Of a DNA stretch of 64,000 nt, positions 34,661 through 49,019 are shown piece by piece. The position numbers and the translations under genes were made by a program. The notes below the pieces were generated by a model. The model did not search any database, was not told the origin of the DNA, and saw only the letters and a program-made list of their open reading frames with translations. Origin of the DNA: Dimorphilus gyrociliatus (lineage: Eukaryota > Animalia > Annelida); assembly GCA_904063045.1 (NCBI GenBank), contig CAJFCJ010000002.1:1-64000 (forward strand), read 5' to 3'. Every line of letters begins with the position of its first letter. Positions within the stretch are counted from its first letter, which is position 1.

Positions 34661-37600
34661 TATATATATATATAGAGAGAGAGAAGAACAATTATACCGT
34701 TATAGATATAAAAGAAACAATAAAAAGTCGTATAAAAAACTCCCTTGCAGAATATATCGAATTAAAATTACCTAATAAATTATAAGCTGTCAACAAAGAA
34801 AATGAAATAAATGAAAGGGAAAAAAAATCGAAATATCGATAATTATCTCTGTCAATTGTTACGTTGACAATTCTTGCAATCCCCACCCATATCCCTAAGG
34901 GGAAAGGCTGACGCTTTTTTCTTCCAATTAACACAAAAGAGAGCTCTTTTTTTATCTTATCAGACCACTAATATAAGCTTTATGAGTTTAAATTTTAACA
35001 TCACAGTCTCATACATCTGCGCTTTTCCTAATCTATGAATAACTTAAATTACTTTTATGCCGATAAACAAAATTGAAAAGTAACGCTGGTAGTAAAGTAT
35101 TTCTATTATCAATTTAAAAAAAAAACAGCCTGTATAATCATAAAAATTTTAACTCTATTTACTTGTTACAAATACCTATTAGATAATTTTTAAAGGCATT
35201 TTCTAATACAAATTAACTAAAAGGATATGAGTAAGTATACTCGATGGAGGAGGTTACATAATTAAACCTCATTACTTCTGAATCACTTGACTGGTTAGTT
35301 AATTTCACCTTTAGTGTTATCTAACAAAAGAACAGTAGGAAGAAAAACATTATTCCACCCTTTTACAATCTGCTTTCTCAGATACTTGCGTAGAATTACG
35401 TGAATACTCTTTATTCGGTGACAGAATCAAATCTCTTTTCTAGCGTTCTACTAAATTCTAACCTCTCCTATTGACAGATTTAAGAGAAAACGAGAAAACT
35501 TTCACTTTATATTGTTGAAAATTATAGAAATACTATATAGAGTATCATTGAATGTACTTTCAAAATATTAAATTAGGAGCCTAAAGCGAAATATATTGAC
35601 TTAAATAATCCGATCTGTCAAAGCACCACAAAGAAGAGATTTATCAAATCCTCCTACCACCCCCACCCCCTACTACTTCGGCTTTACCCTCGTCTTACAA
35701 AGAATTGAACATTTAAAAGGTCGCTATTAAAAAATATCCCTGGTAAGCCTATATTCACTAAATTCAAGAATAGCTTCAATAAATGAATAAAAACATTTTC
35801 ACACCGCTTTCTGTCACGTTCTATTCAACTTGCTATTGTCATAAAAATTTGAGAAATTTGTACCCATAACAAAAAACCTCTAGATAAGCATGATCTCCGC
35901 CAATCCGCATAAAACCTTTGAAATGGATTGTCGCAATATATATATATAGATATATTATATAGTCGGATTACTTCTTTAAAAACTTGACAGAGGCAATGTT
36001 ATTTACAGAATTTACCATATAATTAACCCAGTTAACTTGTAATTTTTTCACTCCTTAAAAAATACGATCAATTATAAAATTATACACACCTTACGAAGAA
36101 CAGGAATCTTGTTTATTTCTGAAAGAGTTCCAACAACGTTCAAGAATTCGTTTTCGACTAGAATAATCGATCCTGTTGATTTACAGATACTGGAAGAGCC
36201 TCGAAAGTTTTTCAGGTGGGATGAGGAATAAAATGAGCAAAAAACTTTAAGAGAACGATCTCTATCATATTGGCAATTTTCTTCTAGACTAGCTTGAGTA
36301 GGTATCTGCTTAGGATCGAATGTCACACCTTTTCCTGAACAGCTAAAGTTTTTCATTTGTTTCTTAGTTAATGCACTATTTGACACTAAATACATGTTGT
36401 ATGCACAACTCCGATTTTCCTTAATATTTTGCAAACAATTCGAGACAGTTCGAAGAATGATACAGGCTTTTCTTTTATAGTCAGATGTCATATTCTTGTG
36501 ACGTTCGAAAATATCATTTATTTGATAAAAGTCATGTGCTTTGTTATATAAATCCGTCGAACAAATTCTTACTTGTTCATTGCATTTTGAATTCTTTGAT
36601 ACTGAAACAAAGGAAAAAGAAGAAAAGGTTAATTAAACTGTTTGCTCATAAATATATGATATTAGTGCCTGGATATTGCGTAACAAGTTTGATTAATTCT
36701 TTTTTGTTTAAGTAAACTTGTCCTTTCATATTTTAAATATTTTACTTTTGATTAAAGATTATTTATTTATATCCAAAAGTATGTAAATCATTATCTTGGA
36801 TTGGATACAAAATGTGTGTAGGTTTTAAATATTTATTCTATCTCTATTTAGTTTTTCATAAGATAACCAAATAGTTTAAATCCCCTATTCACGAAATGAT
36901 ATTGGTAAGAAGAAAAAAACCTAATAAAGCCTTCGCGATAAGGCTTTAGATGGTGTAAAGATAAAATCTAGTCTTTTCATTGTAATTATGAAAAAAAAAG
37001 TAAATTGTATACTATTCTTTTTTTTTTTAATCAATCATTCTCACTCTCAGTTAACATAAGAAAATAAAAATAAAAAACCAATTACAGGCACTTGAGGAGT
37101 ATTGGTTACACCTGTTCTTATTTTTATAAAAAGCTATTCTACAAACAATAAGATAAACTTGAAAATGATTGACAATTAAAACGAAAAGTAGAGTAAAAAG
37201 GAATTGTTTTTTTTATCGTAATCAGTAATTCATATAAAAATTAGGTATTTTATTGCGAAAAATCGTGTTCAATCTCAACAATTTTGAACGAATTTATTAG
37301 CTCTAAAACAAAAAAAACTTGAATTATACACATGTCGAACAGATGCGATTGTAACTAAACCAGTATAATATGTGTTTTTATTTAATTTCAATTGATTAAA
37401 TGTCTAGAATTTACTGTGTAATTTTAAAGAAAGAATGCTAAATAAATTATCGATCGGTGTTTCTCTTCAACTGTTCACTTTTCATTATGGAATTTTGGCT
37501 AAATTAACTTTGATCTTGAGAAAAATCAGGCCAAACAAATAATATAAGTTAAATATTGTTAAACCGACTGCTCTATTTAGAGTTATATTGACCGAACGTG

Positions 37601-38172
37601 CATTTACATATATTATTTACTTGAAAAATTTTAAGAGGACAAATTATGAAGTGTAAGATTATTCGTACAATACTTTCCTTTGTTAAATATGTGGAAATGC
37701 TATACCTCTACGTAAATGCTATGAATATTATAGTAATTTCGGATTATATATTATGTCTAAATGTACGTTGGAAAATATATTTGTATATAGGAACAAATAC
37801 AAAATAAAAAAGTTAAAAGTTTTGAATAGACGCGGAAAATTGATTTCTTTTCATTAGTACACAAAATCACGTAAAGTATATAGACTTAGGCAATATATAA
37901 ATAAATATATAATCTAATTTTTTAGCAATAAACAAAGCACAGTAAACGATCCTGGCGCCTGTTTGTCATCGATAGTCTAAGCGATAGTCGTATATTGACC
38001 GCATGTAAATAAAGTGGGCGATAAAATAGTAAAATTGTTAAAATAGTGAAAATCTCGGCTTTAAGCAACTAAATTTTACATAAAACCAAATGAACTTACC
38101 TAATGAATTTGAAGTAGAATTAAATAAAGTTAACAGTAGGAGAGAGCAAAGCGAATAGGTTTTTATACCCAT
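33461..38172 (-). CDS. RGM: Repulsive guidance molecule (RGM) family GPI-anchored protein, 3 exons
   Basis: Exon 38172-38100 encodes a signal peptide (MGIKTYSLCSLLLLTLF; phase 1). Exon 36601-36090 encodes the Cys-rich N-RGM and the start of the vWD domain. Exon 34087-33461 encodes VTVIFK, GGD, VEIFIRYMNSTIIIR, YQLC, YFDSCMFD..GD and a hydrophobic GPI signal. Splice phases are consistent. Confidence 0.9.
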
Positions 38173-40080
38173 ATCCTAAATCCATTCTTTAGAAAGAATG
38201 AAACTTTTTAGAGGCAAATTTTCTTATTTTGACGATTGTATTCTTGGCTGTCGTCGAAGTTTTCAATTGTCATTAATTGCTGATTTTTTACATCATACAC
38301 GTGTGGACTTGAATTGCACTACTTCGAGTCTGTTTCTAATTTAACCTACATGTCAATACAAATATAGGTGGGAAATACTTCGAGGTGAACTAATTTTCAC
38401 TCTACATATTCTCAAAATGTCGTCCATTTAAATGTCAGTTGCATGGCGCCATTTTAAAGTTCTATTTTAATGCGCTGTCAAACGTGGTGGGTGGAGTTCT
38501 AATTGTAATAGAACCAATCAGTGGCGGGCGTCAAAATATGATAGACAACCTAGCCAGTGGGTCGCTCTTGGGTTCCAAAAAGGAAATAAGGTGGTATTGT
38601 AAAAGAGAAAAGCAGACGCAATTTGAATCCGTTGAAATTTACATTAATAGTACCAACATAGCTTTTTCTAACGAGTTTTTAATGCTTATCACTCAGGCTT
38701 TGTGAATCGTTCGCTTGCGTGTTTCCAATAAAATATTTATGTAACCGTTGGAAAAGCCGTTAAAAATACATCGTTAGAAGGGTTTGTGAGAATTCAGTTA
38801 GGCGTTAATTGCTTTAATATAAACAACAATATATATAGCGAAGGTTTTTCGACCTATATATAGGACTGTTTCGAGTGTTCAATCAACATTGTTTAATATT
38901 GTTCAAATAAGCTAGGGTATATATTGTGTACAAAGGTGTCGCTGTAGTGAAAAGGAAATTTGTACGTTAAATTTAAAAAACAAAATGAAAGTAATACTAT
39001 AGCCTCTTTTATATATATAAGCAGTTGTTTAACATAGTAAATTAATAAAAACCCACATCTTTAAAAGAGTGGTTTATTGATAGCTTAAACAGAAAAAAGT
39101 TGACATGTCATACGGGGTAATTAAGTGTACGATTCATGCAAGAAGCTCATTAATAACTTAATAGTTTCGCTTTATCTTGTAAACCTGGTACGTTCGTTTA
39201 CCGTTCAATTAGTTAGATGCGATGTACAGTCTAACAAACCACTTAAATATGACATTTTAATTAGATGTTGCTATTTGAAATTGAACAGATAAAAAAGGCG
39301 GGAAAATGAATTAAACTCATCTCTTATTTACTAAAGTTTTATAGCCATATAAAAAAATACAGATTGTTGTTTAGCATAGAAATTAGCCTGTTAGAATAAC
39401 AACAATAAAAGGAAAGTACGATCTTTTCAGTATGAAAGTTACGAGCCAATTGTGAATAAAGATAAGACATGAATTGTCATCAAATTTTAGCCCTATAATC
39501 CGTTTGAGAAAACGTGATGCATGCATTTCTGTCTATTATACAATTAATTATGTATTATAGACTATTTACGCCTCGTAACTTCGTGATGAACATCAAATCT
39601 GACGTTAAACCTCTTATCGAATACAATAGAATACAATGAATTTATTTGAACGAAAGGGTATTAAAAAATTGACGCTTTTTTCCTAGTGTGTTTGCCGAAA
39701 TGACGTCCGGTTAATCCTTTATTGTTAACAAACATCTGTTCAAACTTGACACAGGCAAACTTTCCAGATGAGAACAAAACGATTTATTTAAAAAAAAAAG
39801 AAAAAAGAAAAAAGAAACTGCAATAAACATTATTCATAAATAAGTTATCTGCATAACTGTGAATATTTACGTCAAGTTTACAGTATTTTCCAATAGAAGA
39901 GTACTATGTTTTCTTTAGTTTCCGGAATGTTTTTTAAGTAGATTTTATAGTAATACAATATTGTTTATTAAGTCATATTTGAAAACTAAAATAGAATTTT
40001 TTCAACAGGTGTTCCAACACCATAAAATGACGAAAAAAGGAAATGAAATGTTACTCTTTTCCTTCTATTTTAAGATTGTC

Positions 40081-40098
40081 TCTCTATCTCTATCTATT

Positions 40099-40156
<58 letters not shown>

Positions 40157-40157
40157 T
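40081..40157 (+). repeat. (TTTC)n microsatellite with a (TCTA)-like lead-in
   Basis: Read directly from the sequence. Confidence 0.95.
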
Positions 40158-42871
40158 TGTCTACTTGAAATACATTCAACAAATATTTAGAAGGAAATTC
40201 AATGAGTAGTAGAATACATAATTGATAACTTAAGAATACTATAGGCTTTCCTAGATTTACACTAGGAATTGTATTATCTAAAATTATCTTCTGGTGAATT
40301 TTGACTCCAAGTCCTCCACTATCGTTTATCAGCTGTTATCTAGCAATTTATTAGCATTTTTCAAGCGAGTTCCGTCTTTTGCCAAGTGTTATTACAACTA
40401 CATTTGAAGGGAGGAAGAAATTATCTAAGCCTTCTACTAGAGAATAAATAAGCTCCATAAGTATCAAGTTGAAAGATTCACCGACAATACAGTCATAAAT
40501 TTACTTCAGAAAGTCTTTTTCAAGTTTTAATCGATCGTATATCCTTCTTGCTAAACTCTCCCTATTTCTTTCATTTTTTCCTATCTTCCTTTTCTCCCTT
40601 TTGACCTCACTTATGCGATTAGATTTACCCAATGTGGTTACATAACCTAAGCTAGCAGGTGCCAACAATTCATTATGCAATTTGTGTTTAACAACTACTC
40701 GCATTACACCTGACTGTGATCGATTTGGCAAATAGGTGTTGCGTTTAGGAGTGGTAGAAGGAGGCGGTGGGAGGAACAAAAGTCAATGTATTATATGCTA
40801 TAGGGGTGGTAAAGGTTCGAACTAAAGAAGGGGAGGAAGTTGGTATGTTAAAATTAGAGGTGTTAGGCGAAATAACTTTGAAAAGAGATCTGAATATAAA
40901 ACAGCGTTAAAATTACCTTTTTCAGTTGAATATTTGTAAAAAGGTGCCATACAACTGGCACTAAAGGTGTCGCAAAACCTATACATTACACTGTCACTCT
41001 AACAATTCATCTACGGGGTGCATCGATTTCGAATTGAATAAATTTTTAATGCTTCGGCATCTGCTTTAGAATATTGTCGAGTAGTTTTTGTTGTTCAAAC
41101 TTGGGGGTTTTTGTATACCGCATTCTAGATTGAACTGTAATCTAAAGGATAAAAAGAGGGTCTTCTTTTATAAATAATATCTATATATATACTAATATAT
41201 TGGTTTTTTATTAGTTTAATTAAACTGGGTTTTATTATGTGGAAGTTTTAATCACACGGTTGAGTTAGTAATATGAAAATTTAAGAAAAAAAAGTTCCTT
41301 CAAAGGTTGAAATTGTTTAAAAAGAACATACACTTGGTTTGTTCACAGCCAACTGAGCAATGTTAATATTTTAATAAAAATTAATATTTGAAACTTTCAA
41401 TACCTTTTCAATAAAGAAATCTTTATCTAGCTTTAACTTCATTCCCAACTAATTTGCTATTTTAGCAATACTTGAACAATACCGACACCTTATTAATAAC
41501 TTGTTAATACGTATAAATAATTTTTTATGCGCCTAACCGCCCATTCGAAACTCTTTTAAGCTTTGTTCAAACGCTTCATATCGTATGCAAAAATCTAATA
41601 TTTTATGTTGATTTATATACTGTTACTTTCCAGTTTGTCAAAGCTTTTGTGCTTTTTTCGCTAAACTACAATAACATGCCATAAATAAATTATGTAAATT
41701 ATTAAGAATTTCAATTATTCCCTAGGACGCGTTATTTGCCATATCGTCATTTATATAGAATTGTTAAAAATTTATCAGGTTTTTTTTTTCATCAAGCAAC
41801 TGATTGCTAATAAACTTGCGGGTTCTGCACAAAATTGTTCTTACAACACACACTAGATGGCGAACGTGCAAATATTTGCATATTTCACCCAGTTTTTACG
41901 AAATACAATTGCAACGACACCTGGAAGTTTCAGGTGTTTTAAATCTATTCAGAAAATCGTTACAGAGCTATTGATTCTCTATTTGAAGAATTCTTCTTTG
42001 CAAGTGGTAATCAATTATATACATTATTAAATATGATATATGCAAAGCTGTTATACTTAATGCCTAAGCCAATGCAGTGGATCTTTCTGTTCAATACATG
42101 TGATTTAAATATATATTATACTATATTCTATATAAATGTATCACAATAATGAAATGATGTAAGTTACTTTGGTCTCTATCGTATATTACTTGCTTCTCTT
42201 TCATTATTAATAAGAAAGAAAATAGAGAAGAAATGATACAAGTTTAAAATTTGAATTTTTTCTAATGAGTAATATCAAATCGATATAGCGAGCTCACACC
42301 ATTCTTATCTTCAATATTTTAAGACTAAATTACTATATTTTCACAGTATTGAACACGTTCTATTTGTTTAGAAAATCCTTTTAAGGGAATAATTGTCTTA
42401 ATTTATTTATCAGCTATTTTTTTTAATTACAACTGCATAGTAATTAATTTATTAATTATATTGGGTAGATTTTATAATTTATACTTAATCAAGCTAGTAA
42501 TTCTATTTTTTAAACTTTCATTCGAATCATCAAGGTCAATGACCACTCTGTTACACAAAAATTTCCTAGTAGAGTGGGTGAGTTTTAGCCTATGTTCTTT
42601 TATAATCAATAAAATATAGGCATTTTAGTTCTAGTGCCAGAAGTTGACTAGTTGAAAATTGTCGCAATCTACGGTTTAACAGCTTTGTGCTATTTCAGCT
42701 TAAAATATTAGAGGTTATATTTTGTTGATGATTTTATGTTACTGATGTTCTTAATATTTAAAATTTTGCAGAATGAACTGTTCATAAAGTATCGGACGAG
42801 GATATTTATGATAGGAAGACATAAATTCTCTCTAAAATATCATATCTAGTATTAATTCTTAATTCTTTAGA

Positions 42872-44392
42872 ATGACCTTCAGACTAGCCACAATTTTCTC
42901 TAGAATATGTCTGATACTTCTACTTTCAATAGCAATCCTTTCGTTTATTTATGAGTATAGAAGTAATATTGAGAATGTTGGCGAAGTATCAATTGATGAG
43001 AAGGGTCTATCATTGAGCCCTAAAGTAGTTTATCATACTAAACCTACATTTAATAAAGTTACGGAGAAGTTAAAAGTAAAAATAACTCAGGACAATTCTT
43101 CAACCTACGAATTACAAGACGATATAGATCTGGATAGTTATACTTCTTTATATAGAAATGTATATAGATATGAAAGAACACATGCACCTGGACTATTTGC
43201 GAACTTATCGCTACAAGCTGGCTCAGCTTTTTCTGACCAACTTCGAGAGTCAAGAAAATCATATATAAGTGGTATTTTACCTGAAAAGGATAGACCAAAA
43301 TCTGATGTTATAACAATACTCTTATATCATCCATTCTATAAAGGGGGACCAGCTGATTGGAAATTTGGACTTGGAATGAAAGGATTTAAAGATGCAAACT
43401 GCAGAATTGACGCTTGCAATCTTGTTTCTGACAAGTCATATTTGGAAACAGCTGAAGCACTTATATTCTTCACCCCATCTTTCTATCCTCAAGTCTCAAT
43501 TCCAAATCGTTTTCCTAAACATAAAAGGCCACCGTATCAAAAATGGATAGTTCATCTCATGGAATCGAATGTTTATGGGTGGTTGGATACAGCAAAATAT
43601 GCTGGTTATTATAATTGGACGATGAGCTATCAACGTCATTCAGATGTTTATACTCCGTTTGGACACTACGAAAAACTAAATAGTGGAGAGACAAACTTTG
43701 ATGAATCGTTCAACCATGCTACAGGTAAGCATGGAAATCTTGAATTATTGAATAAAACAATATTGCAATAGACAAATTTACCTATAGGTAAAACAAAGTT
43801 CTCAGCTTGGTTTGTTAGTCATTGCGACACACAAAGTAAAAGATCGACATATGTGTCACAGCTCAAAGAGCACATTCCAGTAGATATATATGGTCCCTGC
43901 GGGAATCTCCGATGCTTCGGTCACGAAAAATGCCATGAGCTTCTACAACGCAATTATAAATTCTACTTGGCTTTCGAAAATTCTTTTTGCATTGATTACG
44001 CTACGGAGAAGGTTTGGAAAATTCTCCCCTTGAATGTTATCCCAGTTGTATTGGGAAATGTTGCCTATCAGGAATTGTTACCACCAAACTCATATATAGA
44101 TGTGAGAAACTTTTCATCGCCTCGAAAACTTGCTGAATATCTCATTCACTTAGATAAGAATGATGCTGCCTATAACAAATATTTCCAGTGGAAAAAACAC
44201 TATAAAGCTTATGTTGATTTTGGAATTTGGGACAATAATAGATTTGTCATGTGCAACTTATGTGAAAGTCTTCATACTCAAAGGAACAGAACAAAAATAT
44301 ATACTAGACCAGAATTTCATTGGAATGTCGACGCTCAATGTATGTCAGCCAAACAATTCTATAAGAATATAACAGAAGTGAATATCGTATAG
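42872..44392 (+). CDS. Alpha-1,3-fucosyltransferase (GT10), type II membrane protein, 2 exons
   Basis: Exons 42872-43724 and 43788-44392. N-terminal TM, YNWTMSYQRHSDV, AWFVSHC, VDIYGPCG and YKFYLAFENSFCIDYATEKVW (the alpha-1,3-FucT motif). Confidence 0.95.
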
Positions 44393-44833
44393 TTTAAATA
44401 TGTTTTTTCTAAATTATTGTTTTATGACTTCCAATACAAATTTAAGCCTCAAAACCTAACGGATGCTTGGCGTTAAATTAATAAATTCATTCACATTTTA
44501 CCCTTATCCTTATATTGTATAAAAATTAACAAACTAACAAATATACTGTATATAGACTATTCAGTTTTATACAATATATATATATATATAAATACATATA
44601 TATATACTAATATATTTGATATTTTCACTTTGAAATATAGCGTATACATACATATCAACTTTATAATATACAGTATATATTATATCAAGTTAGACACAAA
44701 TTGACATTTATACAAAAAATTGGAACATTTTTGTACATTTAATACTTAAAAAAACTATTTCGACGCTCAAATAATTGTCAAAGTAATTCTTTAGCGTTAA
44801 TTGCAGTTGAAGTTGTATGATAGCTTTAGTAAA

Positions 44834-47800
44834 TTAGCTTAGTTCAAATCCTGAATTGCTTTCTATAGCTATTAAAAGTTTCTTTAACAAATCTTCTTTA
44901 TTTTGGCATTCTGGTAATTTTAATAAATTCATGCAAGTTGATGCTGTTGGTAATCTATCAATTGGACTTTTATGAATACAGAATTTAGGATGAAGTTCTT
45001 TGAAGCCAAGTAATGGTGGTCGGGAAACGCTCGTAACAAATTTCAACAACAGTCGACGCTGTTTGTCGGTTAAATCACAGCTAACAATATGCCAGAAATT
45101 TTTTATCACGTCATCTGTATCTTTGTAACCTCCTCCATAGACAGTATTAGATTTTAAGTCGTGAACGTCAACGGGAACCTGAGCTCCAGATATAAGAACA
45201 TTTAGTTCGTGTTCATCAAACATTCTCAACCAGGCTAATGGTATTATATCATCCAAACCCTGGCGAAAAGCTGTACACTGCTCTTTTATTTGTCTATTGA
45301 GCCTATAATCAGCCACAAGATGCATGTATTTAATTCGATTTGCATTCGTCACAGGTTCATCTTTTCCACCTTTCTCAAGTTCAACTACTTCCATCTGACC
45401 TGGTAAACTTGTATTTGAAATAGTCATATCTAGTCCGAGTTCTGAAACATCTCCGTCATATTGTTTGAAAGCCATAAGGTTTCTAAAACATAAAAGAAAT
45501 ATTAAAAGCATAAGTTAAAAAATATTGATTAGTCAAACTAACTTGTATAACTCTGGATCAAGGGAGGCAAGATGGTTAATATCTAAATCTGTTGTCCTGC
45601 CAAGAATTTTTGCCAAAAAAAAGTGAGCAATAGGTAAATCAACAAGCATATCTTCATACAGAGCTTTACCAAGGGCTCTGCCCACGAAGAAAAAATGAGC
45701 TGTAAAATCATCGAACAACGATTTACTGACGGGATTAGGGCATATAAGTCCGTCGGGAGTTGAAGTAAATAATCCCCGATTCGGATCAAAAGCAGATTTT
45801 AAAAGTTCTGCCAAAAATTCTCGGAATAATCCACCACCGTCTATTCCAGCCTCGTCCAAACCTGCTGCGTTTATTAATTGTACAGCGACTCTTGGCTTCA
45901 AACTTGGACAATTTTTTGCATTTAAGTTCTCAAAAGCATCCTCATATAAATAATTTCGTCTTATTCTCAATCGAAGAGCATTTGCTGAAGCATGAAGAGG
46001 TAAATCAAATGCTTTTTGACGTTTCTCTGTTCCAATAAGTCGCCTGAATATTCGTACTCGTTCCTCAAATGGTATAACAAAAGGTAACTGAGTTAGAATT
46101 GTAATAGATCGTATTTGGTTGGATGACATATATAATTGTTCATCTTCTTGTCTTCTTTCCAAAATACTTAATGCGCCAAATGGTCGAGCTGCAAACACAT
46201 GTTCATGGTCATCATAAACGGATTGTTGAATATAATCGGCTGTGACTCTAGCTCTGTGCGGTGCCAGCCAGTGATCCTCAGGGCAAAAACGCTTCCTAGA
46301 GTCTCTTGCGTGCAAGTGCTGCGAGAGAGCGGACACTGAATGAAATAGCCTGGACCAGAAGAATTTTCGCCTCTCCAGTTCTTGTTCTGTTATATAATTT
46401 TCTTGGTTACACAAAGTTTTCTTTTGTTTTCCAGTAATTATTCTCGGTTTAACATCTGGATACGCCAGATCAACAACTCCAATACTAACATCACGTAAGG
46501 AGGCCACCATTGATACTAGTTCTTGAGTTGAAAATGGCATTATTTTCTCTATAAAAGTGTTTTATAAAAAAAGAATGAATCAGATTGTTTTACAATAAAT
46601 ATAATATATTACCATCTCCTTTGAAAAATTCTGAATCATGTAAAGAGATCAAGTAATGAGAGAATAATGAACAGAAGAGACTAAAGAGAGGTACTATTTT
46701 TCCAATATGTTCATCTGTAAGATTATTACTAGCTGTGCTTAACAATTTAATAAGAGAATTATTTGTCCTGCAAAATAAAAATGTTGTTAAATAGACTCTT
46801 TCTAAACAATAACTAGTCAATAGTACAAACCCGAAAGCTCCTTTTATCGAAAATGTCTGACATACGTTCCATAGCTTTCTCAAAAAACCAACGTTGAAAG
46901 CTAACGTATATAATAGCTTTGATTTATGAACAGAGTCTGGCCTGATTATTTAAAATAATATTGCTTGTAGTACATACAAACTCTAAATAAACGATAGCGA
47001 ATTATACCTTCTATTTGAGTTTAGTAGAGCATCACAAATACAAGAAATGGCAAGTATAACTTCATCATCGTTTGAATGAGAAACAGTGCATATTACTTGA
47101 ACATTCTCATCACTGTTCAAAATACTAGCGCATTCACTTGTTTTTGCTGATTCTTCTGTCTGAATTATTAATAAACAAATTGAGAATATTATTTAAGGAT
47201 TAAACATTAAAAACTTCAAAATACAGACTTCCATATCAGTATCAGAATCTGAATCGTCATTAAAACCAGTCATTTGCGTTGTAGTATAATCTATATTAAG
47301 CATTGATTTTACCAGATAATGTAAAATCTTTACATAACTTCGCTTCTCTTCCAGAGAGAGTTGACCTAAAAATATCACATCATTATATACATATTTCCTG
47401 TTGAAAGATTGTCTACATTACCTAATGTTGCTGATGTTAACGTCAAAAAATTATGAAGGATAGAAGATGATGTAAAGTTAAATAAATGATGATTATCATA
47501 TAACAAGTCATTAAATGAGTAAATGAAAGATGAATAGTTCATGTTTTGATCAGTTGCTAAAGCTAGTAGAATGAAATTTTCAACTTGAGGAGAGGAGTCA
47601 CAGTTTAAGAAGGTTAATGAAAAGTTTCGACAAACAGAACTCCTAAAAAAAACATTCAAATAGTACAATTCAGTATAACGATGAAAATATTTGCCAACCT
47701 TATTTGAACTTTCTCTGAATTCAAGAGTGCTAAACCTTTTTTTATCATATCTAGAATAGCAGACGCTATTTCTGTAGGAGGTTTTTTTGTTTTCTCGATA

Positions 47801-48767
47801 AAATCCGGTATTTTATTTACCGCGATTTTAAGAACAGATTGAAAATATTCTGAAAAAAAAAATTAATAGAAAATTTATTATTTACTGATCAAATAATTAC
47901 AGTAAAGTATTAATTTAATACCTTTGTTTATTAAATATTCCATAATTTCATAAAAATATTCTATTTTTGTGATTTTGTCATTGGAACTTTGATATAAACG
48001 ATAATCGCAAAAAATTTCAAGCATTCTCATTGGTATCGATATTGGTTCAGTTGTGCCAGAAATCTCAGATACGCATCTAATTGTAAAGAAATTCCAAATT
48101 ATGTTACAATAACATTATAACTGAATTTTACCTACCTCACACACAAAACTAAACATTTTTTCATAACAAAACAAATTTTGTCATCATTTTGCATTAGTTT
48201 TGCAACTTCACCTCTGTGCTGTTGCAGATATTGGCATAGACCAGTTCTTGAATTTAGGCGGTCTCGATCTTTGTTCTTATCATAAAAAAATACAAGCCTT
48301 CGCAACAGGTTCAATGGGTGTTGAATTTCAGGATCATTCTTTGTTGTGATCAACAGATTAATATCCTTATCAAATTCAGTGCGCATTTCATTTTTCTATA
48401 AATAAAAAATTATTAAATGGTCATTCAATATTGCACTGTAATAACAATAACTTACGAGTCGACTCCTTACGCACCATGAGCGGTAACTTGCCTGAATGAT
48501 CGTCGCAGCGAGATTTTTCTTTCTTAATTGCTATATATCATTTTATTAATTAAAACTGTTATGTACAAATAAGAAGCTACCTCTCTTTTCTGCCTTTCTT
48601 CCTGTGTTTTTCGTAATAAACTATCTCTATCCAGCTGAATGAAAGTGAATTTTCATAAGCATGAAATGACTAAGCATAAACATTATTATTTAACAAGAAA
48701 CCTTTAAACTAGCTCCTCCTAAAGATTGTTCAGGTTTTCTAACGAAATCTCCTTCAAAGCCGAACAT
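44834..48767 (-). CDS. UBE3C: HECT E3 ubiquitin ligase UBE3C, multi-exon
   Basis: Begins MFGFEGDFVRKPEQSLGGAS|LDRDSLLRKTQEERQKRE|...IIQASYRSW (IQ motif). HECT domain contains EAGIDGGGLFREF and RLPTASTCMNLLKLP (catalytic Cys), and ends GFELS. Confidence 0.97.
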
Positions 48768-49019
48768 TATTTGTCTCTTTGTTACAAAATTAAAGGATTC
48801 AGAGCGCGATATTATCCATTTCGTTTTGGACGATGTAAATAAATAAATGCAGGACTATTTTCGTTTTGAAGATTTAACGACAGTAGTGACATCTATTGAT
48901 AGAATTAAAACAAGTCTTCCACCTTGTATTTTTCACGTTGTAAACGGTTTATACGAACTAATAGTTCATGATAATGAAAAAAAAAATAACTAAACACAAA
49001 AATGACATATGGCTATCAG

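Noticed and set aside
38439-38705. 88-aa ORF in GC-richer sequence
   Set aside because: It overlaps the likely RGM promoter with its YY1-like site; there are no recognisable protein features.
39584-39603. GTGATGA...CTGA box pair
   Set aside because: The boxes are only about 9 nt apart, with no room for a guide and no host intron identified.
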